From the sequence record PP885688.1: DNA of 64,000 nucleotides; one strand, given 5' to 3'. The notes under the pieces are model-generated. The model saw only the letters and a program-made list of their open reading frames with translations. It was not told the origin of the DNA and made no database searches. This document shows positions 1-9,899 of the stretch, piece after piece. Numbering within the stretch: the stretch's first letter is position 1; every line of letters begins with the position of its first letter. A program made the translations under genes and the position numbers.

Positions 1-1914
1 GTGGCGAAGGCGGCAAAGTTTAGTAAGGCGTCTCAGCAATCTACGCTGGGGAAGATTGTCGATGAGTCCCTACGGGGTTCAGCGGCTACTTCCATCAGTG
101 ATCTCGGCTACGCGACCGACTTCATAGAATCCCCACAAGGCCTCGGTCTCAAACTATACCCGGCACAGCGCCTCATTGCCAAGATCACATTTGGGATCCC
201 CCTCGATTACAAGCCCCAGATGGTTCCAGTCTGGGATGCCCTCAAGGAAAACCTCCTCTATACCCTGAGCGAGTCGGACTTCCTCAAGTACCTCGTCGAC
301 CAGGATCGCTGCAACGTAGCTGACTGGCGCGACATCCCTGCCCGTGGCTTCGGCACCACCGTCATCTACGCAGGCCGACGCGGAGGAAAGAGCCAGGTCG
401 TCTCGGCCATCGCCGGTACTTGCCTGCGCAACTTGCTCTCGATTCAGGATCCGCAGAAGTACTACAACGTCGTCCAGGGATCCACGATCGACTTCACCAT
501 GCTGGGCACCGACGAGATGTCCTCCAGCCGTCTCTATGAGAAGCTGCAGGCCGACGTCAACCGCTCGCCCTTCTTCTCCCCATACATCCGCGAGAACGGC
601 ACCACCGAGATGAAGTTCGTCTCTGAGGCCGACCGCACCCGTCGCGACGTGAAGCCCTCGATCACGGTGGCCGCGTTTCCTTGTACGACCAACGCTGTCC
701 GTGGTCCGTCATCCTACTTCCTCGCGCTCGACGAGTTCCAACACTTCAAGTCCGGCAAGAACACCAACTCGGACGATCTCTACAAGGCCGCGACTCCGTC
801 AACGTCCAACTTCCCCTCGAAGGAAGATCCCGAGATCGCGGACTCACGCATCCTTGTCATCTCATCGCCCCTGGGCCGCATCGGTAAGATGTACGAGCTC
901 TACTCCCGCGCAATGGCCGAGGGCATCAGCTCGGACATCTTCACCATCCGCCTCTCTACCGCAGAGATGAACCCTGGTCTCCCAGCCTCGAAGCTGCGCT
1001 CCGACTTCAAGGACAACCCGGACAGCTTCCCAGCTGAGTTCGGCGGTCAGTTCCTCGACGGTAAGGGCTCGTACATTCCGCCGGAGAAGTTTGACATCTG
1101 CGTTCAGGACGACCGCTACAACATCGAGCGCTTCGAGCTCTCTACTGTGGGCCGGAAATACTTCTGGGCAGTGGACTATGGCACGAAGATCGACGCGACG
1201 GCTCTAGCCATCGGTCACCTGGAGATGGGCGACCGTGGTGTGGTGCTGTTGGTGGACTATGTCGATCGCATGATGGTCGGTGAGAAGTTCGAAGGCCCTG
1301 GCGTGCTCAACCGCGACGCGGTCGGTATGGGTAAGGAGCTCGACCTCGAAGAGACCATTCGCTGGATGGTTCACATGAACCAGATTCTGCCCTGCTTCAA
1401 GGGTGTGACTGACCAGCATGGCGGCACCACGCTCAAGCAGCTTCTGCAGATCAACGGCATCACCACGATGGATCTGTTGCACCTGAACGATCAGATCAAC
1501 TCGAAGATGTACCTCATCCTCAAAGGATTCGTCGCCAACTCGAACGCGATCTTCCCGAACGTGCCGAAGTTCACCAAAGAGTTCAAGCAGCTGGAGGCAG
1601 AGTACAAGTCGAAGTACGTGCTAAAGGTGGAAGCGCCGAACGAAAAGGGCGCACACGACGACATGGCAGACGCGGTCGCGATGATGGCCTTCATCGCACA
1701 ACAGTGGCTCGATGAGTTCGGTCAGCTGGACCTCGATCCGTTGGGCCGTACGCTACAGGTCGATCCTCGCATCCTCAACCCGACGTCCTACCTGGACCCG
1801 AACAGTGTCTCGATCCGGGACATCGCGATACGGGAGCGCCAGCAGAAACTTGGCGACCATCTTCTGCTCCCTCCGGGCTTTACTCAGGTCAAGAACCCCT
1901 GGCACCGGCGCTAA
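1..1914 (+). CDS. terL: Terminase large subunit
   Basis: LYPAQ adenine-binding motif, Walker A YAGRRGGKS, Walker B FLALDEF, nuclease motifs WAVDYG and HDDMADA; GTG at base 1 may be the true start. Confidence 0.9.
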   Translation: MAKAAKFSKASQQSTLGKIVDESLRGSAATSISDLGYATDFIESPQGLGLKLYPAQRLIAKITFGIPLDYKPQMVPVWDALKENLLYTLSESDFLKYLVDQDRCNVADWRDIPARGFGTTVIYAGRRGGKSQVVSAIAGTCLRNLLSIQDPQKYYNVVQGSTIDFTMLGTDEMSSSRLYEKLQADVNRSPFFSPYIRENGTTEMKFVSEADRTRRDVKPSITVAAFPCTTNAVRGPSSYFLALDEFQHFKSGKNTNSDDLYKAATPSTSNFPSKEDPEIADSRILVISSPLGRIGKMYELYSRAMAEGISSDIFTIRLSTAEMNPGLPASKLRSDFKDNPDSFPAEFGGQFLDGKGSYIPPEKFDICVQDDRYNIERFELSTVGRKYFWAVDYGTKIDATALAIGHLEMGDRGVVLLVDYVDRMMVGEKFEGPGVLNRDAVGMGKELDLEETIRWMVHMNQILPCFKGVTDQHGGTTLKQLLQINGITTMDLLHLNDQINSKMYLILKGFVANSNAIFPNVPKFTKEFKQLEAEYKSKYVLKVEAPNEKGAHDDMADAVAMMAFIAQQWLDEFGQLDLDPLGRTLQVDPRILNPTSYLDPNSVSIRDIAIRERQQKLGDHLLLPPGFTQVKNPWHRR

Positions 1915-2001
1915 GTCCTCCTCTGCTCAGAGTAACGACTACGGGATCCATATAAGAAGACGCTCGCCGAGCAACTCGGTGTGACGATACGGGAGATTGG
2001 G

Positions 2002-2442
2002 ATGGATCCAGTGGCAGACGGCGGCGGCACCATTACGTTGGGCGTGGGTAGACTCTTCGAGTACCTAGCCTCCGCGTCGATCCCGGGCCTGGCCTGGCTC
2101 ACACGGGCCTACATCACTCTTCAGAACCGCATGACGAAGCTTGAGACTCTGGTCCAGGAACGTCTCGCCGGTGTCGCAGAGATGACCCAGAAGCAACAGG
2201 CCGACAGCAACCGTATCGCGCTCGTTGAAGCTGGTGTTGCCCACCTCACCGCCATGCAGCAACAGTCGGACAATCGTTTCGCAGAGGTGTCCAAGCAGTT
2301 GGAGATCCTGCCACGTATCGATGAGTCCTTGAAGTATCTAGCCCGCGTCTGCGCCACCATCGTTCCTCGCGAAGAGTGGGAGCAGAACAACCGTCATATA
2401 GAGGGACGGTTGAACCGTGTTGATGGTCAGACCAAGGGCTAA
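2002..2442 (+). CDS. Membrane-anchored coiled-coil protein (holin/XhlA-like candidate)
   Basis: GGGAG SD before ATG 2002; one hydrophobic segment followed by long heptad coiled coil. Confidence 0.45.
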   Translation: MDPVADGGGTITLGVGRLFEYLASASIPGLAWLTRAYITLQNRMTKLETLVQERLAGVAEMTQKQQADSNRIALVEAGVAHLTAMQQQSDNRFAEVSKQLEILPRIDESLKYLARVCATIVPREEWEQNNRHIEGRLNRVDGQTKG

Positions 2443-3239
2443 CTGATCAGTTGGTCAAAACCACACATAAGAAAGCAGTTACTCCACCCTGGGTAACGTG
2501 GTTACCAATTCTCAGCTGAAACTTTACTGAGTACCACGAACGAAAAGCGAAGAAGCGCTAGCGTTCCTATGTGGCTCGAAACCGTGCAATTAAGTGCACT
2601 TATCAAGCTTGATCCTCCCCTAAAATATAAGGAAGCGCTGTAAGTCCACATAAGCATGGCTTTAGATGTTTATAAGTTAGTAACTAAAGTGGGAAAAAAT
2701 TACCGGGTCGCTGCGCAAAATATTCGCTTTTCCACAGGAAGACATTGCAGGGTCTTGCTACACTCGATCTCATAACACCAGAGTAATGCGGTTACGAAGG
2801 GTACACCTCCGGACACGCCAATCGAAGTGAGGAAACATTTTGCGAACAGGAAAGAATCTACCAGTGCTATCCAGGAATGACCGGAAGCATGCCTCAGCAT
2901 TTCAGGCCACCAGGACGCAAGTCTGCGCACCACTCCCCGCATCACCCCTCTACTCCATTCCAGGGTACGGTTCCCCACCAAGGATCGAATGGAAAAAATA
3001 ATTTCAATTTTTTTCATTCAGTAATTGGGTAAGCAGCTTCAGGTTGGGTATTAGCAATTGTCGACAGTAGAAAAAGTCACTTTCGACATGAGGCTCAGCT
3101 CAACCTAACTGGACCAAACAGACAAGTCGTTACAACGGTGAACCGGTTCCGCTCCGATGATAGAAATCATCGAGCCCCAGTCATCACACGCCCTACCTGT
3201 CTCCAGAAACGGAAACCGTAACACTGCAATGGAGGCAAC
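2443..3239. other. AT-richer, palindrome-rich non-coding region (origin/pac/leader candidate)
   Basis: About 800 bp without a credible ORF; palindromes AACTGATCAGTT, ATCAAGCTTGAT, GAACCGGTTC and hairpins GGTAAC/GTTACC, CGATGAT/ATCATCG. Confidence 0.6.
3022..3054 (+). promoter_or_regulatory. Class 1 phage promoter (TAAT-N20-GGGTATTAG)
   Basis: Matches motif repeated 15 times with a 20-nt spacer; upstream of the sigma-like gene. Confidence 0.8.
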
Positions 3240-4220
3240 TTGAACACTGCTATTTTGACCCTGGGCAATGCACCCTCGATCAACGTGAACTTCGATGAAT
3301 CAACCGTAGCTGAACTGAACGCACTATCTGTCATTACAGACGAAGCCATCGCCGAAGTGGATTTTGATGGCGTTGATGATATTTCCGACGACGTTGACAC
3401 ACTCGATGTCGCCCCCGCCGCTGAGCAAGTCTCAAAGCGCGATCCTTACAGCCGCTCCGAAGACGGTCACTTCATTGGCCACGACGGATTCGTCGTTCCC
3501 CTGAACTTCGAAGAGTTCTACGAACGCTACCCCAAGTATGTCAAGGGATTCATCCGCCGCCTCTGGCACCGCGCCAGTGAGGCCGAGATCGAGGACCGCG
3601 AGAGCGAGCTCCACATCTTCCTGATGACTCTTCCCGAAGGATCGAAGTTCCGTGAGCCCGGCTACAACGGCCTCGAAGATGGTTGCACCGACCGCGTCCA
3701 GATCTTCAACCCTGAGGCCCTCGGCTCTTCAGCTCCGCGCTTCTTCCACTACATCAATACCTGCCTGACGCGCCACTTCTACTCTCTCGCGAAGAAGGCT
3801 GCCTCGAACCCGATCCGCCGCTACAACACGCTGAGCCTCTACTCCCCCGATGGTCAGGGACAGATGATCGACGAAGACTACATCTACACGATGACCAGCG
3901 AACAGGCGAACGCCGGTGTGAACTACGATCAGGTGATTCAGGACGGCGTCTTCGTCAGCCAGTACATCGCGTTTGTCGAGGAGCACAACCCCGAGCTGAT
4001 CCCGGTCATCAACGCGATTCAGGCCTTCGAGACCTACGTGGAGGCGATGAACAATCTCGGCATGACTGAGAAGATGTTTATTCGCGCCCGCAACCGTCTC
4101 GTCGTGCTTCACTCGGCATTCGACAAAGGTGTAAATCCCCCGCGCCAGCGTAAGGTTTATCGCGCTCGTGCGGTTGCGGAGAGCACCAAAATTTCTTCAG
4201 AAAATCTCGTCGCAGTATAA
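3240..4220 (+). CDS. Phage-encoded sigma-70-family (ECF-like) factor
   Basis: Region-2-like FEEFYERYPKYVKGFIRR...EIEDRESELHIFL...FFHYINTCLTRHF; region-4-like HTH YVEAMNNLGMTEKMFIRARNRL; GGAGG SD with TTG start. Confidence 0.6.
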   Translation: MNTAILTLGNAPSINVNFDESTVAELNALSVITDEAIAEVDFDGVDDISDDVDTLDVAPAAEQVSKRDPYSRSEDGHFIGHDGFVVPLNFEEFYERYPKYVKGFIRRLWHRASEAEIEDRESELHIFLMTLPEGSKFREPGYNGLEDGCTDRVQIFNPEALGSSAPRFFHYINTCLTRHFYSLAKKAASNPIRRYNTLSLYSPDGQGQMIDEDYIYTMTSEQANAGVNYDQVIQDGVFVSQYIAFVEEHNPELIPVINAIQAFETYVEAMNNLGMTEKMFIRARNRLVVLHSAFDKGVNPPRQRKVYRARAVAESTKISSENLVAV

Positions 4221-4248
4221 GGGTAAGCGGTCGGTTTTTGAGTATTAG
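4216..4248 (+). promoter_or_regulatory. Class 1 promoter (TATA-N20-GAGTATTAG), leaderless ATG 5 nt downstream
   Basis: Motif match; ATG at 4254 has no SD. Confidence 0.75.
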
Positions 4249-4253
4249 ATCTC

Positions 4254-4928
4254 ATGCAAGGTGAGATCGAATACGTAGACGATAACGACTTCGGAGTACA
4301 AGAAGTAGATTTCAACCGCGAGGTGGCGCGGGATCTTTATCGGGCGGGGTTCGGGTCGGCAGACCTCCTCGCCCGGTGGGATCGAATCAAGACCGAGATC
4401 CGGTTCGAGGATGTAGTCGAGCAGGTTCTGGGGTTCACCGATCCAGTCATTCGCTGCCCCTTCCACGGCGGCAAATCCTTCACACTCTACCGGCGCACCA
4501 ACGATGCCTACTGCTACGGATGCCCTCCCGGCAAAGGCTACTACGACGCAGTCCGCCTGATCGCCTCGCTGAATGGGTACACCACCTCCCAGGCCTGCAC
4601 ATGGCTCGAAAAGCAATACGACCTTCCTCCGCTTGAGAACGTAGCGGACGATGAAGACGAAGACGGGGACGACGAGGATGACACCACTCTCGAGACTCTC
4701 AACTACTCCGATCTGGTAGAGCCCTACATCGCACGTGCTGCCTCCGAGTTCCTGAAGAATCCCGAGCCGGGACTTGCACGCAAGTACATCCAGATCTATT
4801 TCGACAACCTGCCCGACAAGAAGACCGACCTCAACTCTGAAGAGGGTTTGAAGCTGGCCGTTCCGCTCGCGTGCGTTCTCGGTTCCGAAGCCATTGAAGC
4901 AATCAAGATAAAGAGGTTCGGTAAATGA
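4254..4928 (+). CDS. CHC2 zinc-finger protein (primase zinc-binding domain)
   Basis: CPFH...YCYGC motif typical of the DnaG ZBD; no TOPRIM domain. Confidence 0.75.
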   Translation: MQGEIEYVDDNDFGVQEVDFNREVARDLYRAGFGSADLLARWDRIKTEIRFEDVVEQVLGFTDPVIRCPFHGGKSFTLYRRTNDAYCYGCPPGKGYYDAVRLIASLNGYTTSQACTWLEKQYDLPPLENVADDEDEDGDDEDDTTLETLNYSDLVEPYIARAASEFLKNPEPGLARKYIQIYFDNLPDKKTDLNSEEGLKLAVPLACVLGSEAIEAIKIKRFGK

Positions 4929-7900
4929 GCACCACCCCTGATCTATTTGAATCCCAGCCTGAATTCACACTCACTGCCCCGGAGATACAGCCCAAGAAAA
5001 AGAAGGCGGCCCCGGTTTACGACATCAGCATGGAGAACATCTCCTTGGCTGGCCTGACTCACGTTGTCCGGAAGAAGCGCAAACCCGGCGCTCCCCGCGT
5101 GAAGAAGGACCGCAGCCTCCGCACTCTGTTCCGCGCCAAGCTGAAGGAGCTCGACATCGAACGGCTCAAGAAGCCGTGGATGGCGAAGAAGAGCTTCCAG
5201 AATCTCACCACCGGCGAACTCCTCAAAGAGTACGTCGATAAAGTCCTCGCGGACAGGTCCTCCTGGAAGCAGCCGTACCTCAACGCGGAAGAGAATCCGA
5301 ACGCTGAGTTCATGCCCGTCATCGCAGTCGACACCGAGACCCATGGCCTCGATACGCGCGTGATGGTGGACTTCGAGCTGGTCAAGGACTACGACACCGG
5401 CAAAGAGATCTGCATTCCGATCTACGAAGTCAACATCGAGATCGCGGGCGTCTGCCTCTGCCACGACGGTAAGAAGGGTGTGTACATCCCCATCCACCAC
5501 GAGGACGGGAACAACGTACCGATCGAGATCGTTCGCGACGAGCTGCAGCGCCTATTCGATGTCTCGCACCTGGTCTTCTATAACGCCAAGTTCGACCGCG
5601 AAGTGATGCGCCAGACCCTCGCGATCAAGTTCCGCGACTACCCCTACTTCGAGGACGTTCAGGTCCTGCAGTTTGCTGTCGACCCTAAGGCTGACCTCGA
5701 CGATGACACGTTCACCGGCGGCGGCGAAGGCCTGAAGGGACTCTCGAAGACCAAGCTAGGCATGGACCAGATCGAGCTCTCGGAGATCGGCAAGGTACAG
5801 GCCGAAGTCGAGCTCACAGCGGAAGAGCTGGAGGCAGAACGTCTGCGTCCACGCTGGCCCAAGCTGAAGAAGAGGGACGTACGCTTCTGCGCCAAGTGTG
5901 GCGACGCAGCGGTCCATGTTCGGACCCAGCTGGTGAAGACGGACGAAGGGGAACAGCTTGTAGAGACGCCAGAGTGCACGAAGCCAAGCTGCCTGACGAT
6001 GGTCAAGTACAAGCCCCGCAGCCGCCGCATGCAGTACGTTCCCTTCACCTGGATTCCGACCGAGATTGCTCTCTGGTACGCCGCAGCCGACGCAATCTGC
6101 ACATGGTTGCTGTGGGAGGGCAAGGTCGAGCAGGAGCGCAAGCTTGCGTTCCGTATCGCTGACGGTACCCAGTGCGAGAACCATCACGAAGGCCCACGGG
6201 TCTGCGCGAGATTCAAGGGCCACAACGGTCCGTGTGAGCGTGCGATGGGTATGCGGGAAGAAGCGCAGAGCCGCAAGCTTGTACACCGCATCGACGGCAA
6301 CCTCATCGACTCAATCACATGGATGGAGCGGCAGCGCTTCATCGTGGACACCCCGGCACACGCACGCCTTACCAAGTGGCATGCGAAGGCCAGCGTCGAA
6401 CGGAAGAACCGTCTACGTGAGATCGCCAACCGTCACGGATGGCAAGAGATGACCACCGATGAGGACGACGTCATCGAGAGCTCCATCTTCAACGTCGACT
6501 CAACCTCGATCGATCTGCCGAAGCTTCTCTTCCAGATCAAGGGGATGACTCCGACCAAGTACACCGACACCGGCAAGGCCTCTTGCGACGCTGAGGCGAT
6601 CTCCGATCTGTTGAAGCAGCACCCGCACGATGAGTTCCTACTGGCACTCACCGACTACAAGGAGTACGTCAGCCTTCACCCGGAGAAGTTGTCCTGGGAT
6701 CCACGCGATAAGTCAGCTCGCATTTACCTCAAGCAGGCAACCACTGCTGGTGGCCGTCTCGCTGCGTCCGGTGGCAAGTTCCATCGCGACGGCGGCGTGA
6801 GTATGAACATTCAGGCCATCAAGAGCGTCGGCGGTAACTGGTGGGTCAAGGGCGATGTGCTCGTACCTGACTACGTCAACGAAGAAGACGTCATTCCGCA
6901 CGAAGAGCATGAGCTCGATCCTTCTGTCTTCCAAGAGGTGAAGAAGGACGAGATCATGGACGTCGCCGGTCAGGTGCTGTCACCCGACCACCCTGCCTAT
7001 GCAGAGTCCGCGACGACGATGGGCTTTCAGCTGCGTGGGGACAAGTGGGTTCGCAAGGCCCCGGGCATCCTCAACAACCACATCGCGAACTATCTCGGCT
7101 ACTCCATCTGCTTGGTGCCGAAGTGCACAACCTGCGCTCGTGAGCACGGCATTCTCATCGGTGAGTCGAAGCTCGATGCGAATCAAATCATCAATCTCCG
7201 CGCACTCTTTATCGCTGAAGAGGGCTGGACGTTTCTCACCTCCGACTATAGCAATATCGAAATGCGTGTCGCCGCGAATATCTCCGGCGAACCTGAATTT
7301 ATCAAGGAATTCCTCGAAGGTTCAGGCGACTTCCACACGCTCACCGCGTCGAAGGTGTTCCCGGAATTCAACGATCCGAACACGTCGAAAGCACGCAAGA
7401 AAGAGCTTCGCTCACTTGCGAAAATAATAAATTTTGCACTTTTGTATGGCGGGACTCAGTTCACGATTTACGAAAACATGAGAAAAATCGATACGAACAT
7501 CACCATGAAGGACACCAAGAAAATGGTGGACAACTACTGGGATGGTGTTCCGGTTTTCGATCAGTGGTGCAAGGGCATGCAGAAGATCGCACGCGAGTTG
7601 ATGACCTGCACCACGGCTACGAATCGCATCGTGAAATTCGAATCGGCGATGTCTTCCCTCGGTATCGAAAAGCCCACGCAGATCCAGATGGACAACTACT
7701 TCTCCTGGCTGCGGCTGCGTAAAAAGTTCCGCGAACTGGAAGAGATTGCGAAGGCGCGTCTGGTCACCGGCGACGAGACACCTGAAGAGGAGAAGGCGCA
7801 GGCCCGTGGAATCAAGGAGCACATGGATGTGCTCTGGAACGACCGTGACTCCGGCGTCCGCAACGCCTCTGACTACAACCGCTTCATGTCGAAGATCCAA

Positions 7901-9196
7901 CGCGTCTCGGTCAACGTGCCGCTGCAGGGTCTGGCCGGTGAGTTCATGCGTATGACACTCAACCGCGTCCGTCACTGGGCCACCAATGGTGAGTACCTCG
8001 TGCAGTCCGTCCTCCGGATGCATGGTTCAGTTCACGACGAGCTGGATTATGCCGTGAAGAATCCCTACGTGCCCTTCGTGGTGCCACGCATCACTCGCTT
8101 GATGAAGCTGCGCAAGATGCACGCGAATCGCAAGTGGCCCGTCGGAATCGAAGCCGATACCGAGTACGGTCGTTCGTGGGACGTGTCCTATCACCTCACC
8201 GGCGACGATGGACACAAGCCATCGGGCTGGACTGACATCAAGGGACTCGAAGACTACATCCCTCACGAGTTCGCACCGGAGGCCGTGGAGAAGCTGATCC
8301 GCGCGATCCTCTCCGAGAAGGAAACCGCGCGTGCGAAGGCCGATGCCTTCCTCAAGGAGAACCTGCACGAGCGGGCCTACACAGCCGTCTGGCACGCCTT
8401 CTGGAGCGAGGACAAGAACAAGGTCAAGAGTGCGGTCACCAACGAAGCTGTGGTGCGTAAGCAGCTCATCGCGGCCCTGCAGCTGCATGAGTACTGGATG
8501 ATCGACGCGGTTCCAGATGGTGAAGATGCGTCGATGGAGACGATGGAACAGTACGAGGCCCGCCGTGGCCTCACTCCAGCCGATCGCGGCTACATGCCTG
8601 AGGGTGGATGGCTGCACTCGGTGCCGCTTGACCGTGTCCGCCGCAAGCCTCTTCCGATCCTTGGCGAAGCACCGCCGGAGCCGGTTGAGACCGAGCCTCT
8701 CGTCCCCCAGGTGGATGAAGTGGGTCAGGCCTCGATGTTCTATGACGACATCCCTGAGCCCGAGCCAACTCCTGAGCCTGTTGCGGTGAATGTGACGGTC
8801 GAGGTGCGTGTTGTTCAGAACGCAGCGACGCCAGCGCCGACACCGGCCCCGCAACCCGAGGCTGACTACGACGATGTGCTGATGCCTGCACCGAAGAAGC
8901 GGAATCCGACACCAGCATCGACGCCGGTAGTGGAGGAGGCTGCTCCCGTAACCGTCGCGGTGCCCAGTGTGCCGCCGCCACCGAAGCCGATCGCACGCCC
9001 GGCCTCGCTCAACGGTGTGCCCGTGCTTCGCGACATGGATAAGGCTGAGATGGCGCGGTTCGCACAGGTAATGGGCAAGGGATTTGGAGAAAAGGACCTA
9101 CGCGTTGTTTGGAATGGGGAGCTTTACACCCTGACCGGCTATGCCTACACCGAGATCCCGGCAGAGTACCTCGCCGAGGAGTTGGTCTATGCCTGA
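4925..9196 (+). CDS. polA: Family A DNA polymerase with 3'-5' exonuclease, large insertions and C-terminal extension
   Basis: ExoI DTET, ExoII YNAKFD, ExoIII YAAAD; motif A SDYSNIEMR, motif B RSLAKIINFALLYG, motif C VHDEL. Confidence 0.93.
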   Translation: MSTTPDLFESQPEFTLTAPEIQPKKKKAAPVYDISMENISLAGLTHVVRKKRKPGAPRVKKDRSLRTLFRAKLKELDIERLKKPWMAKKSFQNLTTGELLKEYVDKVLADRSSWKQPYLNAEENPNAEFMPVIAVDTETHGLDTRVMVDFELVKDYDTGKEICIPIYEVNIEIAGVCLCHDGKKGVYIPIHHEDGNNVPIEIVRDELQRLFDVSHLVFYNAKFDREVMRQTLAIKFRDYPYFEDVQVLQFAVDPKADLDDDTFTGGGEGLKGLSKTKLGMDQIELSEIGKVQAEVELTAEELEAERLRPRWPKLKKRDVRFCAKCGDAAVHVRTQLVKTDEGEQLVETPECTKPSCLTMVKYKPRSRRMQYVPFTWIPTEIALWYAAADAICTWLLWEGKVEQERKLAFRIADGTQCENHHEGPRVCARFKGHNGPCERAMGMREEAQSRKLVHRIDGNLIDSITWMERQRFIVDTPAHARLTKWHAKASVERKNRLREIANRHGWQEMTTDEDDVIESSIFNVDSTSIDLPKLLFQIKGMTPTKYTDTGKASCDAEAISDLLKQHPHDEFLLALTDYKEYVSLHPEKLSWDPRDKSARIYLKQATTAGGRLAASGGKFHRDGGVSMNIQAIKSVGGNWWVKGDVLVPDYVNEEDVIPHEEHELDPSVFQEVKKDEIMDVAGQVLSPDHPAYAESATTMGFQLRGDKWVRKAPGILNNHIANYLGYSICLVPKCTTCAREHGILIGESKLDANQIINLRALFIAEEGWTFLTSDYSNIEMRVAANISGEPEFIKEFLEGSGDFHTLTASKVFPEFNDPNTSKARKKELRSLAKIINFALLYGGTQFTIYENMRKIDTNITMKDTKKMVDNYWDGVPVFDQWCKGMQKIARELMTCTTATNRIVKFESAMSSLGIEKPTQIQMDNYFSWLRLRKKFRELEEIAKARLVTGDETPEEEKAQARGIKEHMDVLWNDRDSGVRNASDYNRFMSKIQRVSVNVPLQGLAGEFMRMTLNRVRHWATNGEYLVQSVLRMHGSVHDELDYAVKNPYVPFVVPRITRLMKLRKMHANRKWPVGIEADTEYGRSWDVSYHLTGDDGHKPSGWTDIKGLEDYIPHEFAPEAVEKLIRAILSEKETARAKADAFLKENLHERAYTAVWHAFWSEDKNKVKSAVTNEAVVRKQLIAALQLHEYWMIDAVPDGEDASMETMEQYEARRGLTPADRGYMPEGGWLHSVPLDRVRRKPLPILGEAPPEPVETEPLVPQVDEVGQASMFYDDIPEPEPTPEPVAVNVTVEVRVVQNAATPAPTPAPQPEADYDDVLMPAPKKRNPTPASTPVVEEAAPVTVAVPSVPPPPKPIARPASLNGVPVLRDMDKAEMARFAQVMGKGFGEKDLRVVWNGELYTLTGYAYTEIPAEYLAEELVYA

Positions 9197-9899
9197 GCGT
9201 CGCGCACGGTTTGCTTTCGAGATGGACAAGAAGGTTACGGTCACCAACAAACGTAACCTGGCCCGTCTTGCCTCCCGCCAGGTCTACGATTCCCTCGCTT
9301 ACGCGCAACGGACCCTCCTCCGCCTGGAGGAATCGGTTCGTTGGATGGCCCACCTGAATCAGGTGGAAGAGCGCCTGCTCCGCATGGGCATTCTTGCGGA
9401 CAAGGACGGCGATCCCGAAGAGAAACGTCTTCGCGCCGCCGCCTTCGAGGCTCTTATGGTTGCCCGGAAGGCCGTCACCACACTCCGCGACCACAAGTCA
9501 GAGATCGCCACGCAGATGGAGGAGGACTTTGATCCGTTCCTCCGCTTATCTGGTCAGCCAAAGGTTGCCAAGAAGCCCGAACCGCCGAAGAAAGCGACAA
9601 CGTTGCAGGAGCAGATGCAACCGCTGGGCGATCCCGCGTCGAAGTGGCAGCCTAAGGCCCCTCCACCAGCTCCCGCCGCATCCAAACCCGCGCCGGTTCA
9701 GGTCAAGCCTGCGCCAGTACCCGCCCCCAAGGCTCCCGCAGCTGCCCCGGCACCTCCGGCCAAGCCCAACCCCATGAAGCTGAAGCTGAATAGTCTTCTT
9801 CTGGCCAAGGCTCGGGCCGAAATCACCGCCCGCGCTAAGGAGAATGCTGAAAACGAGCTATCAGGTCCCTCCTTAGGGACGGTAACTGATGGCAAATAG
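9189..9899 (+). CDS. Hypothetical protein (coiled coil plus Pro/Lys-rich linker)
   Basis: ATG overlaps polA stop; genome-like codon usage. Confidence 0.7.
   Translation: MPERRARFAFEMDKKVTVTNKRNLARLASRQVYDSLAYAQRTLLRLEESVRWMAHLNQVEERLLRMGILADKDGDPEEKRLRAAAFEALMVARKAVTTLRDHKSEIATQMEEDFDPFLRLSGQPKVAKKPEPPKKATTLQEQMQPLGDPASKWQPKAPPPAPAASKPAPVQVKPAPVPAPKAPAAAPAPPAKPNPMKLKLNSLLLAKARAEITARAKENAENELSGPSLGTVTDGK

Noticed and set aside
3073-3107. AAAGTCACTTT followed 16 nt later by TCAACCTA (class 2 box variant with the -10 element inverted in place)
   Set aside because: Geometry cannot work as a promoter on either strand; may be a lone binding site or chance, so not counted as a class 2 copy
5888-7190. 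Polymerase insertions as inteins or introns
   Set aside because: Frame continuous, no Cys...His-Asn splice junctions, no LAGLIDADG/HNH motifs
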